A DNA stretch of 64,000 nt from Dehalococcoidia bacterium (GCA_965197405.1 OZ240206.1:1820920-1884919); one strand, 5' to 3'; numbered from the stretch's first letter, positions 40,306-50,594 are shown. Numbers and translations are program-made. Notes: generated by a model from the sequence alone, not told the origin.

Positions 40306-40995
40306 CTACCTGCGCTGCCCCCACTCGTCCCAGTGAGTCACCTCTCCCGCAGGGCGACGCTTGGCGGGCTTGAAATCGGTGCCGGTGTAGTAGGCAACTG
40401 GCAGAAGAGCGCCCTGTATCACGTGGTCCGGGATTCCAAGGACCTGCGCGGCCTCCTTCTCGTGGGCCAGGTGGGCGGTCGTATAGGCGGACCCGATGCC
40501 GCGAGCGCGGAGGGCCAGCATGAGGGACCACGCGGCGGGCAGGATAGAACCATATAGAGTTGCGTTGTAAAAAGACCTGAACTTGTCCGGCGCGTAGAGG
40601 TTCAGCACCTCTTCCATTTCGCCCTCGACACAGGTGAGGATGTGTACCGGCGCTTCGTGCATGTGGTCATGCAGATAGTCGCTGGCTCCCACCATGCCCG
40701 GCCACTGGGCGAAGCGGGGATCGTCCTCACGAAACCGGGGCGAGTTGCCCCCCATAGCGGCCGCGAGGGACTGGCGCCCCCTGCGATAGACTTCAGCCAG
40801 CGCTGCCCGCTTCTCCGCATCCATGACCACCATGAAATGCCAGCCTTGAAAGTTCGACCCGGTGGGCGACTGGAGAGCGATTTCAATGCACCGCTCGATT
40901 ATTTCCGTCTCCACGGGGCGCGTGAAGTCCAGGCGCTTTTTAACGGAACGAGTGGTGGTGAGTATGTGGTCTATGGCGGCAACGTCCATTACCAT
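40306..40995 (-). CDS. Nitroreductase family protein
   Basis: TTRSV, SPTGSN-QGW-F, LALRARG-GS. Confidence 0.88.
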   Translation of the reverse strand: MVMDVAAIDHILTTTRSVKKRLDFTRPVETEIIERCIEIALQSPTGSNFQGWHFMVVMDAEKRAALAEVYRRGRQSLAAAMGGNSPRFREDDPRFAQWPGMVGASDYLHDHMHEAPVHILTCVEGEMEEVLNLYAPDKFRSFYNATLYGSILPAAWSLMLALRARGIGSAYTTAHLAHEKEAAQVLGIPDHVIQGALLPVAYYTGTDFKPAKRRPAGEVTHWDEWGQRR

Positions 40996-41143
40996 TGCTA
41001 CATCTCCCCGTTATTAAGATTATCAAGATTGCGCTTGAAGAGGTGGCTATCATAGATAGATACGCCACCGGGAGAGACATCCCTGGTGGCGGTAACAGGT
41101 GCAGCAAGCATGTGGGGCTTGGCCCAAATCTCGCGGGGCTGGC

Positions 41144-41875
41144 CTAACCGGTCAGCAGCGCCTCGCTATCCGAGCTTGATACCATGCTTTGCGCCGTGTG
41201 GGTGACGATCTGAGCCGCGATGTCTGCATTGATCGTCCCCATGTTCAGCACCATGTGGTAAAGGGTGGGGTCGTCAGGGTGTACGTTGAAGAACTTCCTG
41301 AAGTATATGACCCTCGCCTTCTCCATATCCGTGACGTACTTTTCCGCCTCTCCCCTGCCAAAATGCTCCCTCTCTACGATTGTCTTTATTCGCATCTCCA
41401 GGGGCGTAACCAGTCCCACATGAAGCGCCCCGGGCGCATCCTTGAGAATTATGTTGGAGCCGCGCCCGATGATAACCACGTCTCCCGCCTTCGACAGGTC
41501 CTTGATGACCGCGCCGGTCACCTCTATAAATCGCTCGTCGTTGAGTCGCTGGGCTGCGCTGAGAGGCTCCTGGGCCAGGTCGGTGTACTCCTCCGAGAGG
41601 AGGGTCTCTATGCCCGGGTTGAAGTAGGGCATGCCCCCGGCGCCCGACATTGCGGAGCGCTCCAGCATACTCTGGAAGAAGTGGGCGAGGCGGTCCCTCA
41701 GGGCGATCTTTCGCTGCTCTTTTATTTCGAGGACCTCGACGGTAGAGCCGATACGCTTGGCCGCCTGAGCAAGGATGAGCCTGTCCACGTAGTCGGCGTT
41801 TAGCAAGCGTGCCGTCATCAATCCGATCTCATTGCCACCGGCGCCTATGGGACCATTGAAGGTTACTATTGCCAT
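41144..41875 (-). CDS. Cytidylate kinase-like family protein
   Basis: GAGG-EIG, VIIGRG, R--Y--FF---DDP--YH-VLN. Confidence 0.85.
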   Translation of the reverse strand: MAIVTFNGPIGAGGNEIGLMTARLLNADYVDRLILAQAAKRIGSTVEVLEIKEQRKIALRDRLAHFFQSMLERSAMSGAGGMPYFNPGIETLLSEEYTDLAQEPLSAAQRLNDERFIEVTGAVIKDLSKAGDVVIIGRGSNIILKDAPGALHVGLVTPLEMRIKTIVEREHFGRGEAEKYVTDMEKARVIYFRKFFNVHPDDPTLYHMVLNMGTINADIAAQIVTHTAQSMVSSSDSEALLTG

Positions 41876-41954
41876 CTCGTCCTCCTCCCTCAGAACTTTC
41901 CAGGCTGAATGACCCTATTCCGGTAAAATGACCGGTGCAGATGGGGCCGGGCCA

Positions 41955-42254
41955 CTACACTGTGGATGACTTGACCTCAAAGTGTCTCACCCAATACTCC
42001 CCCGTATAGAGGTGCTCAACACCCTTGGCGACCTGCTGGCGTTGTGCGTTTCTCTCATAGCTATGCATGGCATCCAGGCTCTCCCATAGGGTTATGGACA
42101 TGCCCTCGTCGGGGTTTTCCGTGCTCTGTATCAGCTGGCGGCCCACAAAGCCCTGGACTCCATCGGTCACCGATGCGATGTTCTCGTTGTAGTAGCGCTC
42201 GTACTCGTCCCACATGCCAACCCGGAGCCTGCCCCAAAGCATTCTGACGTGCAT
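41955..42254 (-). CDS. Antibiotic biosynthesis monooxygenase (ABM) domain protein
   Basis: GF-G--L...PDE--SITLWES-DA---Y. Confidence 0.75.
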   Translation of the reverse strand: MHVRMLWGRLRVGMWDEYERYYNENIASVTDGVQGFVGRQLIQSTENPDEGMSITLWESLDAMHSYERNAQRQQVAKGVEHLYTGEYWVRHFEVKSSTV

Positions 42255-42540
42255 TACATCCCCCTCCTAATCGGATTTACCGGGCAGCGACGACTCTACG
42301 TTCTCCTAGCAATCTTCCGTGCGAATTGCCCAGCCTATGTCCGCAAGCTATCAAATTACAATGCCCCTGTCAATAGATTTGCGAAATCAAGCCTCGAATA
42401 CCGGCCCTGTCCGGTAGTAATCCCGGCAATAATCAATGAAGAGCAAATTCGTTTATACTTTGGCGTTGCCATGCTAGAATCAGATAGCTTGCTCGCCGCT
42501 CTTCTCGGGACAAAGGCGAATACTGTCATGGAGAATACAG

Positions 42541-42903
42541 GTGCAATCACAAACGTACAAGGACGCCAGTAGACTGTTGTTAGAGCAGGCGACCCAAGAG
42601 CTTGCCGAAGGAGCCCTGCGCCAAGCCTCGGAAAAGGGCTGGGGTGCGGCGGCACAGACTGTCAAGGCCATAGCCGAGCAACGAGGCTGGACCCACAACA
42701 GCCACGGGGGCCTTTTTCACGTCGTGGCCCGTTTGGCTGAGGAAACAGGCGACGAGGACATCTCAGCTCTATTTCATATTGGTAGCAGCCTGCACGTTAA
42801 TTTCTATGAGAATTGGCTCCCCAGAGCAATGGTCGAGGTAGGGCTTCATAGCGTAGAGCGATTCCTGGACAAGCTGGACCCATCGTGGGAGGGCTACCAG
42901 TAG
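42541..42903 (+). CDS. PaREP1-family protein
   Basis: L-QA-EL--G-LRQASEKGWGAAA--VKA-A--RGW-H-SH...LH-NFYE. Confidence 0.8.
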   Translation: MQSQTYKDASRLLLEQATQELAEGALRQASEKGWGAAAQTVKAIAEQRGWTHNSHGGLFHVVARLAEETGDEDISALFHIGSSLHVNFYENWLPRAMVEVGLHSVERFLDKLDPSWEGYQ

Positions 42904-42933
42904 CGGGGGGTAAAGGAGAGGCAAATAGACGTC

Positions 42934-45384
42934 GTGAGAAAGATAATCGTAGCAATCAGACTGCCGTCGGGCGTAGGCCGCCTGAGTATTCTGGTACTGG
43001 CCGCCGGGCTGCTGGCCGCTGTGGCCTCCGGGTGCGGGTCTCAGCCGGGTGAAACGGACCGACCCGCACCCACGCCGGCCACGATAGCCGCGCCGTCTCC
43101 AACGCCTACGTCAGCTCCGACGCCCACCTTGGTCCCAACGCTCAGCCCGGTCCCGATAGCCACGGCAACGCCACCCCCAACGCCCACAGCGGCTCCGATG
43201 CCGACCCTGGCCCCAACGCCCACGCCGACACTCGCGGGCCAAGAACCCCACCCCACCGACCCTTACTTTGCTCTGGACCACGTTCTGGACATTGCCATTG
43301 AAATCCCGCAGGCGGACTGGGACACCCTGCGCCACCAGACCCGGACTTTAGAGGATGTATTCACGGAAATCGGATCCAACTGCCTGTCCCAGCCCTTTGC
43401 GGGCATCTACTCCTGGTTCCCGGCCCGGGTAACCGTGGATGACAAAACCTACGCCGAAGTCGGTGTTCGCAAAAAGGGGTTTGTCGGCTCCCAGAGCGAC
43501 ACCAAGCCCTCCCTCAAGATCCGATTCGACAAGTACGTAGAAGGCCAGACCCTGGGCGGCGTGCTGGAGCGGATGACCCTGAACAACGGCATCCAGGACC
43601 CTTCCCTGATTAACACCTGCCTGGCCTACCAGGTCTTTGCCGACGCCGGGCTGCCCGCGCCCCGGTGCAACTTCGCCACCGTATCGGTGAACAGCGAAAA
43701 TCTGGGCCTGTACGTCCACGTAGAGGACCTCAAGACCTCGATGGTGGCGCGCACTTTCGACAACGCCGAGGGCAACCTTTACGAGGGCACCGTCAGCGAT
43801 TTCCGCCCCGAATGGCGCGGCACCTTTGAAAAGAAGACCAACGAGGACGCCGCGGACTGGTCAGACATAGACGCCGTCGTCGTCGCCCTGCAAGACCCCT
43901 CCGAGGCCGGCTGGGAAGCCCTGAAAGCCGCCGTTGACTTGGACCGGTTCCTCTCCTTCTGGGCCACCGAAGTGCTGGTAGGCCATTGGGACAGCTATAC
44001 CGGCAACCGCAACAACTACCACTTTTACCGGGAACCCAACGGTCCCTTTGTGTTTATCCCCTGGGGCGTGGACGACGTTTTCCATCTGCGGGACGACCCC
44101 AATCCCTTTGACGACATCAGCAAGCCGCCGCCGTCGGTACTGGCCCACGGGGCCATCGCCCACCGTTTGTACCAGGATGCTGACGGGCGCGCGGCCTACA
44201 CCAGCCGCCTGCGGGACCTGCTGGATACGGTCTGGAACGAAGCCGAATTGCTCCAAAGCGCCGACGCAATGGCCGCCACCGTCCAGAAGTATGCATTGCC
44301 CGGAAAGCGGGCGGTCGCCGCCGCTGACGCCGAACGCGTGCGCCAGTTTATCGAAAAGCGGCGGGGGGAAATCCTGGACGACCTCACGCCGGAGCCGCCG
44401 GATTGGCCCTGGGCCCTGACCCCGAATCCCTGCGGTGCCGGCATCGGCGGGTTAATGGTCGAGTTTGAACCAGCCACCTTTGAGTTGCACTTCGAAACCG
44501 CTTGGGGAACGAATAAAAGCGCCAATCCCTTCGAGGCGGGGAAGGTTACTTATCTTCGCCTCAATGGGGCCGAGCAGCCCGACGCCGGCTGGGGCGTAAT
44601 CGCCGGCGTCGCCAGCCCGGAAGAAAAAGACCTCCTGCCAGGCACTGCTGAGGCGGCATCTCTCGCAATCCTCAGATTTAGACCCGACGGTTCCATCGAG
44701 GGTTTCACCCTGGTGATGTCCCCGGCCCGGCTGTCAGGAGGGGCCACCCTCGTCGTCGGTGAGGATGAGGTCGCCGGAGGGCGTTGGTCCATACCCGCCG
44801 GGGCCGCCGCGCCGGACCGGTTCTCCCCCTTCACCGAGGGCCGGCTGGAGTTGGACGCCGCCGGCGCGGGACCGGGCGCAACTATCTCAGGCCGCTTCTA
44901 CGGCGCTTGGGGTGGCACACCCCGGACGGATGCCGGAGGCCACGCGACGGAGCCGACCGGCACCGGAGACGCCGCCGGGCTGATTATCAACGAGGTAGCC
45001 GCCAAAGGGGACCCCCTCGACTGGCTTGAACTCTACAATGCTTCAGAGGACCACCTGGCCCTAGCTAACTTTGTCCTGGCTGACGACCTCAAGGATGCGG
45101 GCAAGCGGGTTGCTTTCCCCTCTGACCTGGTAATCCCGCCGGGCGGGTATCTGCAAATCCAGCTTGACAAAGACAAGTGGCCCGGCTTCGCCCTGGGCGG
45201 CGATGAGGAGTTGGGCATCTGGACGACCGATGGGGTCCTGGTGGACTCGGTGGATTGGGCCAAGGGCGAGGCTGACGCCGGGACCAGCTTCGCCCGCGTG
45301 CCGGACATCGAGGGAGACTTTCAGACTGTCAGTGACGCCACGCCGGGCGCTCCGAATCCAGCCAAACAGGAGGAGAGTCCATAG
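42934..45384 (+). CDS. Lipoprotein with Pro/Thr linker, CotH kinase domain and lamin-tail-like domain
   Basis: Lipobox-like ASGC; VGVRKKG, KPSLKI-FDK, LGLY--VE, WDSY--NRNNY, PWG-D; IINEV...DWLELYN. Confidence 0.82.
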   Translation: MRKIIVAIRLPSGVGRLSILVLAAGLLAAVASGCGSQPGETDRPAPTPATIAAPSPTPTSAPTPTLVPTLSPVPIATATPPPTPTAAPMPTLAPTPTPTLAGQEPHPTDPYFALDHVLDIAIEIPQADWDTLRHQTRTLEDVFTEIGSNCLSQPFAGIYSWFPARVTVDDKTYAEVGVRKKGFVGSQSDTKPSLKIRFDKYVEGQTLGGVLERMTLNNGIQDPSLINTCLAYQVFADAGLPAPRCNFATVSVNSENLGLYVHVEDLKTSMVARTFDNAEGNLYEGTVSDFRPEWRGTFEKKTNEDAADWSDIDAVVVALQDPSEAGWEALKAAVDLDRFLSFWATEVLVGHWDSYTGNRNNYHFYREPNGPFVFIPWGVDDVFHLRDDPNPFDDISKPPPSVLAHGAIAHRLYQDADGRAAYTSRLRDLLDTVWNEAELLQSADAMAATVQKYALPGKRAVAAADAERVRQFIEKRRGEILDDLTPEPPDWPWALTPNPCGAGIGGLMVEFEPATFELHFETAWGTNKSANPFEAGKVTYLRLNGAEQPDAGWGVIAGVASPEEKDLLPGTAEAASLAILRFRPDGSIEGFTLVMSPARLSGGATLVVGEDEVAGGRWSIPAGAAAPDRFSPFTEGRLELDAAGAGPGATISGRFYGAWGGTPRTDAGGHATEPTGTGDAAGLIINEVAAKGDPLDWLELYNASEDHLALANFVLADDLKDAGKRVAFPSDLVIPPGGYLQIQLDKDKWPGFALGGDEELGIWTTDGVLVDSVDWAKGEADAGTSFARVPDIEGDFQTVSDATPGAPNPAKQEESP

Positions 45385-45388
45385 GGGC

Positions 45389-47728
45389 CTATCCCTGCTT
45401 CTCCTGAAGGGCGCGCCATACCTTCTCCGGGGTCAGGGGCGTGTCTATGTGGCGTATACCCAGGCCGGAGAGGGCGTGCATGACGGCGTTGGCCACCGCG
45501 ACGGGAGCGGCCACCGTGGGCAGTTCCCCCACGCCCTTAGTACCCAGTGGGTTCAGTGGAGAGGGGGTCTCTATGGCATCCACCACCAGGCTGGGAAACT
45601 CCTCGGCGGCGGGCATAGCGTAGTCCAGTAGGCTGCCCGTCACCGGTTGCCCCTCCGGGCTGTAGACCATGCCTTCCGTCAGCGCCTGGCCCACCCCCTG
45701 GGCGATGCCCCCGTGCATCTGGCCTTCCACCAGCATGGGGTTGATGATGCGCCCGCAGTCGTGCACGGCCACGTACTTCACGAGCTTCACCTCCCCGGTA
45801 TCCCTGTCCACCTCAACCACCGCGACGTGAGCGCCGAAGGAGTAGGTGTTGCTGGGCAGCCTGTAGCCGCCGCTGAAGTCCAGGCCCACCTCGACCTCCG
45901 GCGGCAGAAGCTCCTCGTTGTGGGCGGCGGAGGCCACCTGGGAGAAGCTCAAGGTCTGCTCGGTCTTCCCGCCATTGAAGACCTGCCCACTCTGGAAGAC
46001 GACGTCCTCCGCAGGACACTCCAGCATGTGGGACGCTATGCGGGCGAGCTTCTCGCGGGCTTCCTGGAGTACCACGTACAGAGCGGAGGCGCCAATCACC
46101 GTACCCCGGCTCGCCGCCGTGCCTCCCCCGGAGGGCGTTATGGAAGTATCGCTGTGGAGCACCTCAACGTCGGATGGGGCCACGCCCAACTCGGCGGCCG
46201 CGACCTGGGCGAAGGATGTCTCCGTTCCCTGGCCGTGGGGAGATACCCCGGTGTAGACGGTGATCTCGCCCTGGCGGCCTATCTCGACCCGGGCGGTGTC
46301 GAAGCTCCACTCTCCGAAGGCCCCGGCTCCCTTCAGGACGGTGGAAAGACCAACGCCTATGAGCGGCTCATTGGACTCGTCGGAGGACTCGTTGGAGCGT
46401 CTCCGGCGGGCCTTTTCTCGCCAGCCGGAGTACTCAGACAGCTCCAAGACCCTGTCCAGCCCCCGCTCATAGTCGCCGGAGTCGTAGGTGACGCCGGTGG
46501 GGGCGTCATAGGGGAAGGCGTCCGGCGGGATGAAGTTCTTCCTCCTCACCTCCGACGGGTCCATGTCCAGGTCCTGGGCAATCAGGTCCACCGTCCGCTC
46601 CATGCAGAAGGCGGCCTCCGGCCCCCCGGCGCCGCGGTAGGCTCCCGAGGGCGTCTTGTTGGTAAGCGCCCCCAGCACGTCAATCCGCATGGCGGGCGTC
46701 CTGTAAGGCCCCGCCATGCGATGCGCGGCGAGGAGGGGCACGGCTGCGGTGGAGAGGAGGAAGTACGCGCCCAGGTCGGCCACGATTCGCACACGCACCC
46801 CCAGAATGGAGCCATCGGCCTTCACCGCGGCTTCCAGGTCCGCCGTATGGCCCCTGGCCTGGAAGGATAGCAGGTTCTCCTGGCGGTCCTCCACCCACTT
46901 GACCGGCCTACCGAGGGTAAGAGAGATATAGGACAGGGCAATCTCTTCGGGGTACACGCTGCTTCTCTGGCCGAAGCCGCCGCCCATGTCGGGGGCTACG
47001 ACCCTCACGCTGCTCTCGGGCCGGTCGAGGAGTTGGGCCAGGTAATCTCTCACCACATGGGGTATCTGGGTGGTGTCCCAAACGGTCAGGAGGTCCTCCT
47101 GGGGCTGGTAGTGGGCAAGCACCCCCCTGTTCTCCATAGGGGCCGGGGCGAGGCGTTGCACCTCGTACCTCTGCCGGACGACGTGGTCGGCCTGGGCAAA
47201 AGCCGCTTCCACGTCGCCACCCTCGTGGTATATCCGCATACCTGTATTCGTGCCAATGTCCCGGTGTATAGGGGTCGCGCCCTCCGTAATAGCCTCGAAC
47301 GGGTCGAGGACCGGCGGGAGGACCTCGTAGTCCACCTTCACAAACTCGGCGGCGTCCCTGGCGAGGTGGCGCTCATGGGCGACCACGATGGCTACCGGCT
47401 GCCCGACGTAGCAGACCTTGCCCTGTGCCAGGACGGGCTGCTCCGGGGGGGTCATCTCGAGCACCGCCACCTGGCCCTCGGGGATGGCCTCTACGGGGAC
47501 ACCCCGCAGTAGGCCCGCTATGTCTTCCCCGGTGAGCACTGTCGCAACACCGGGCAGGCTGCGAGCCGCGGAGACGTCCACTGACCTGATGCGAGCGTGG
47601 GCGTGAGGGCTGCGAAGCACGTGGGCATAGAGCATGTCGGGCAACTGGATGTCATCCACGAATGAGCCTCGCCCCGTCAGGAGCTTGGGGTCTTCAAACC
47701 GCTTCAAGGACTCTCCTGAATAGCTCAC
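45389..47728 (-). CDS. Xanthine dehydrogenase/CoxL-like molybdopterin large subunit
   Basis: RSPHAHARI, GGGFG, AYRGAG, GQGT-T, NPMLVEGQ-HGG, KGVGE. Confidence 0.92.
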   Translation of the reverse strand: MSYSGESLKRFEDPKLLTGRGSFVDDIQLPDMLYAHVLRSPHAHARIRSVDVSAARSLPGVATVLTGEDIAGLLRGVPVEAIPEGQVAVLEMTPPEQPVLAQGKVCYVGQPVAIVVAHERHLARDAAEFVKVDYEVLPPVLDPFEAITEGATPIHRDIGTNTGMRIYHEGGDVEAAFAQADHVVRQRYEVQRLAPAPMENRGVLAHYQPQEDLLTVWDTTQIPHVVRDYLAQLLDRPESSVRVVAPDMGGGFGQRSSVYPEEIALSYISLTLGRPVKWVEDRQENLLSFQARGHTADLEAAVKADGSILGVRVRIVADLGAYFLLSTAAVPLLAAHRMAGPYRTPAMRIDVLGALTNKTPSGAYRGAGGPEAAFCMERTVDLIAQDLDMDPSEVRRKNFIPPDAFPYDAPTGVTYDSGDYERGLDRVLELSEYSGWREKARRRRSNESSDESNEPLIGVGLSTVLKGAGAFGEWSFDTARVEIGRQGEITVYTGVSPHGQGTETSFAQVAAAELGVAPSDVEVLHSDTSITPSGGGTAASRGTVIGASALYVVLQEAREKLARIASHMLECPAEDVVFQSGQVFNGGKTEQTLSFSQVASAAHNEELLPPEVEVGLDFSGGYRLPSNTYSFGAHVAVVEVDRDTGEVKLVKYVAVHDCGRIINPMLVEGQMHGGIAQGVGQALTEGMVYSPEGQPVTGSLLDYAMPAAEEFPSLVVDAIETPSPLNPLGTKGVGELPTVAAPVAVANAVMHALSGLGIRHIDTPLTPEKVWRALQEKQG

Positions 47729-47782
47729 TCTATTCCTCCCTCCGTCGCCCTCGAACATGGGTGACAAGACAACTACGAGGTA

Positions 47783-47901
47783 TCATTGCCATGAAAATAC
47801 TTTTTGTCATACCCGCGAAAGCGGGTATCCGTGCCCCTGACGTTCCTAGACTCCCGCTTTCGCGGGAGTGGCGGTGGGGAAGTCCCGCCGTTATTTTCAT
47901 C
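47783..47901. repeat. Family C repeat
   Basis: ATGAAAAT...GTCATACCCGCGAAAGCGGGTATCC...GACTCCCGCTTTCGCGGGAGT...ATTTTCAT. Confidence 0.72.
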
Positions 47902-47947
47902 TTCTTAACGGGGCCTTTTGAAGGCCCCGAGGAGTTGCACAGAAACC

Positions 47948-49633
47948 CTAGTCAATCATCTCGTAGCTGCGGAGCAGCTTGCCCGGCAGAGCTCCGGTGC
48001 AGTCGTTGCCCTTGAAGGTGACGGCGCCGTTGACTATGGTGTAGCGCAGACCGGTGGGCTTCTGTATCAGCCGACGCTCCCCGCCTGGGAAGTCAGTGTC
48101 GAAGATGGGCCTGTCGTGGACATAACCCAGCTCCTCCAGATTGTAGACGATGACATCGGCCCACGACCCAACGCGAAGGGTGCCCCGGTCCTTGAAGTCC
48201 GCGAACCAGGCTGGCAGGGCGCTCATCTTGTGATGGGCCTGCTCCAGGGTGATGGCGCCTTTGTCCCGTACCCAGTGGGAGAGCACATGGACCGGCCAAT
48301 GACTGACGGTGACGAACCGGGTATGGGCGCCGCCATCGGACACGGAGATATGGGAACGGGGGTCCTTCAGGCTTCCCTCGATGGACTCCTCGTCTGCGCC
48401 CGTCGCCAGGGTGCTGAACTCGGTCTGAAGGTCCTCGTCCAGGGCCAGGTCGAGGAAGGCGTCCACCGGGTCCTTGTTGGTTATATCGGCTACCTCGGCG
48501 ATGGTCATGCCCTCGTACCGCTGGTTGCGCTGGTAAGCCACTTCCATAACCCTCAAATCGCTCCAGTCGGTCCTGGTGTCGGGCCACTCGGCCACGTCAC
48601 GTTTCATGGCGGCACGGGTCTCCGGGTCTCGCAGCTTGGCGGCCCGTTCTTCCCCACTGCCCACCAGGGGATGCACCCAGTTGGGCATGAAGTCGAAGAG
48701 GTTATACTCCTCTAGCTTGAACGTGTGGCGGAATACCATGGAGACGGCCTGGAGCATCAGCGGGAGTCCCCTGCCGTGAAGCGATCTGGCCCAGGCGACC
48801 TGGTCGTCGCCCACCAGTCCCGCGTGAAATGGGCGGCCACTGAGCCTCATCATCTCCACCATTGCGTCCTGCATTGACGTTTGCTGCTCCAGCGTGAGGC
48901 CAAAGCCCAGGGTCTGGCCGATGTGGCCCACGCCGAACTGGCCCAGCACCTCCGCGAGTCCCAGCAACTCCTCCTTCGAGGCCACGTGGCTGGGAAGGAA
49001 GCTCCCGTCCTCGGGGCGGTCTTCCATGTTCAGGTTCAGAGAGAAGCCGAAGGCCCCCGCCTTCATCGAATCGTAAAAGAGCTGCTTCATCTGATTCAGC
49101 TCGGCGTCCGTCACGGAGGTCCTTTCACGAGCGGGTATCATGCCCAGGACGTACCCGCGCATGGGCGAGAAGGGGAACAGCGCCCCCACGTTGACGCCCA
49201 ACCCCTGCCGGTCCAGGCTGTCCATATACTCGGGAAAGGTCTCCCAGTCCCAGCGGATGCCTTTGCGCATAGACTCCAAGGGGATGGCCTCGATGCGGTT
49301 CATCATCCGCATATTCAGGTCCCTGTCCTCGGGCCTGGTGGGTGCAAAGCCGAAGCCGCACTGACCTATGGTCAGGGAGGTCACGCCGAACCACCCGGAC
49401 AGAGAGGCGTAGGGGTCCCAGTTTAGCTGGGCGTCGTAATGGGTGTGCAGGTCAATAGCTCCGGGGGCCACGATGCAGCCGGAGGCGTCAATCTCCTTGG
49501 CGCCTCCCGGGGCGATTCTCCCGCTAATCTTGGCTATCCTTCCGTCCTTGACGGCCAGGTCCGCCTTGTAGCTGGGGATGCCCGTCCCGTCCACAACGGT
49601 GCCGCCACGAATAACGAGGTCATACTCAGACAT
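47948..49633 (-). CDS. N-acyl-D-amino-acid deacylase-like amidohydrolase
   Basis: GGTVVDGTG, APG-ID-HTHYD, SDGGAH, RG-L--G--AD. Confidence 0.9.
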   Translation of the reverse strand: MSEYDLVIRGGTVVDGTGIPSYKADLAVKDGRIAKISGRIAPGGAKEIDASGCIVAPGAIDLHTHYDAQLNWDPYASLSGWFGVTSLTIGQCGFGFAPTRPEDRDLNMRMMNRIEAIPLESMRKGIRWDWETFPEYMDSLDRQGLGVNVGALFPFSPMRGYVLGMIPARERTSVTDAELNQMKQLFYDSMKAGAFGFSLNLNMEDRPEDGSFLPSHVASKEELLGLAEVLGQFGVGHIGQTLGFGLTLEQQTSMQDAMVEMMRLSGRPFHAGLVGDDQVAWARSLHGRGLPLMLQAVSMVFRHTFKLEEYNLFDFMPNWVHPLVGSGEERAAKLRDPETRAAMKRDVAEWPDTRTDWSDLRVMEVAYQRNQRYEGMTIAEVADITNKDPVDAFLDLALDEDLQTEFSTLATGADEESIEGSLKDPRSHISVSDGGAHTRFVTVSHWPVHVLSHWVRDKGAITLEQAHHKMSALPAWFADFKDRGTLRVGSWADVIVYNLEELGYVHDRPIFDTDFPGGERRLIQKPTGLRYTIVNGAVTFKGNDCTGALPGKLLRSYEMID

Positions 49634-49786
49634 GACACACTCTCCTTATATTTGTCCTGCGTTGAGAGGATTATACGCACACCCCCAAGCCGGGTCAACT
49701 CGGCCCCGGCCAAGTGGCTAGTGGTCAGGGGCTAGTGACTAGAGGGGTCCCCTTCACGCTTGGAGGGACAATCTATCCACTAACCA

Positions 49787-50407
49787 CTATCCACTCCCCA
49801 CCGCCCGTAGAAAGTCGGGAGAGTCCGCCACCGTGGCCCTGGTGGGGAATATCTTCTCGGTGAGGACCCTATGGACCTCCTCGTCCCGGTCTCCGCAGCA
49901 GTCCGCCAGCACTACCATTTCGTAGTCGGTCTCGGTGGCCCACCCCACCGTACCCAGCACCACGCCACTGGTGGCTATACCCAACAGCACCAGGGTGGTA
50001 ATATCCCTGGCCTTCAGGATGCTCTCCATGTCCGAGGTGGCGAATGCCCCCACTCGTCGCTTGGCGACCACCACGTCGCCGGGCTGGGGGGCCACCCTGG
50101 GATGAATCTCGGCCCCCTCGGTCCCCTCCAAAAGGCGCCCCGCCCGCATGAGGCCACTGAAGAGCTTGTTCCTGGGGCTTATCTCCGGGTAGCCCTCCCG
50201 GAAGCGCGCCACGATGTGGACGACGGGAATCCCGGCCTGCCGGGCGGCATCCAGCACGGCAACGGACCTATCGAGCAGCCCTTCGGCCTGGTCGGGGGTA
50301 AGCCCCGCCAGGCTGGGCATTTCCGCGCCGCGTCCGACTATTTCGTTCTGGTAATCCATGATGAGCACGGCGGTGTGGTTGGGGTCAATGTTCAGCTGGG
50401 TTGTCAT
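49787..50407 (-). CDS. Isochorismatase-like hydrolase
   Basis: A-LIMDYQN, KRRVGAF, GIATSGVV--T. Confidence 0.88.
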   Translation of the reverse strand: MTTQLNIDPNHTAVLIMDYQNEIVGRGAEMPSLAGLTPDQAEGLLDRSVAVLDAARQAGIPVVHIVARFREGYPEISPRNKLFSGLMRAGRLLEGTEGAEIHPRVAPQPGDVVVAKRRVGAFATSDMESILKARDITTLVLLGIATSGVVLGTVGWATETDYEMVVLADCCGDRDEEVHRVLTEKIFPTRATVADSPDFLRAVGSG

Positions 50408-50594
50408 GTGCTCGACCTCCTTATTGTATAATCGTATATGTGATGCGTGTATACAGACTACCACAGACCCGCTCATTCTCCCACACCCTGCCCAGATGCC
50501 GCTTGATATTTGCCGTTGCGCATGATATGTATAGACCCATATGGAGCTTTATAGCCTTGCCAACAAGTAGAAGCCTGAAGGGACCAGCCCTGGG

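Noticed and set aside
41063-41092. GCCACC..GGTGGC hairpin as an intrinsic terminator
   Set aside because: No U-tract on either strand
42405-42900. Inverted-repeat cassette around the second PaREP1 gene
   Set aside because: Only GGTAG/CTACC match and there is no flanking direct repeat
43060-43235. Repetitive C-rich DNA as a non-coding repeat
   Set aside because: Encodes the Pro/Thr linker of the CotH lipoprotein
45389-47728. Form I CO dehydrogenase (coxL)
   Set aside because: Lacks AYXCSFR and has no coxM/coxS neighbours
50550-50580. CueR-type operator upstream of copA
   Set aside because: Dyad symmetry too weak to support
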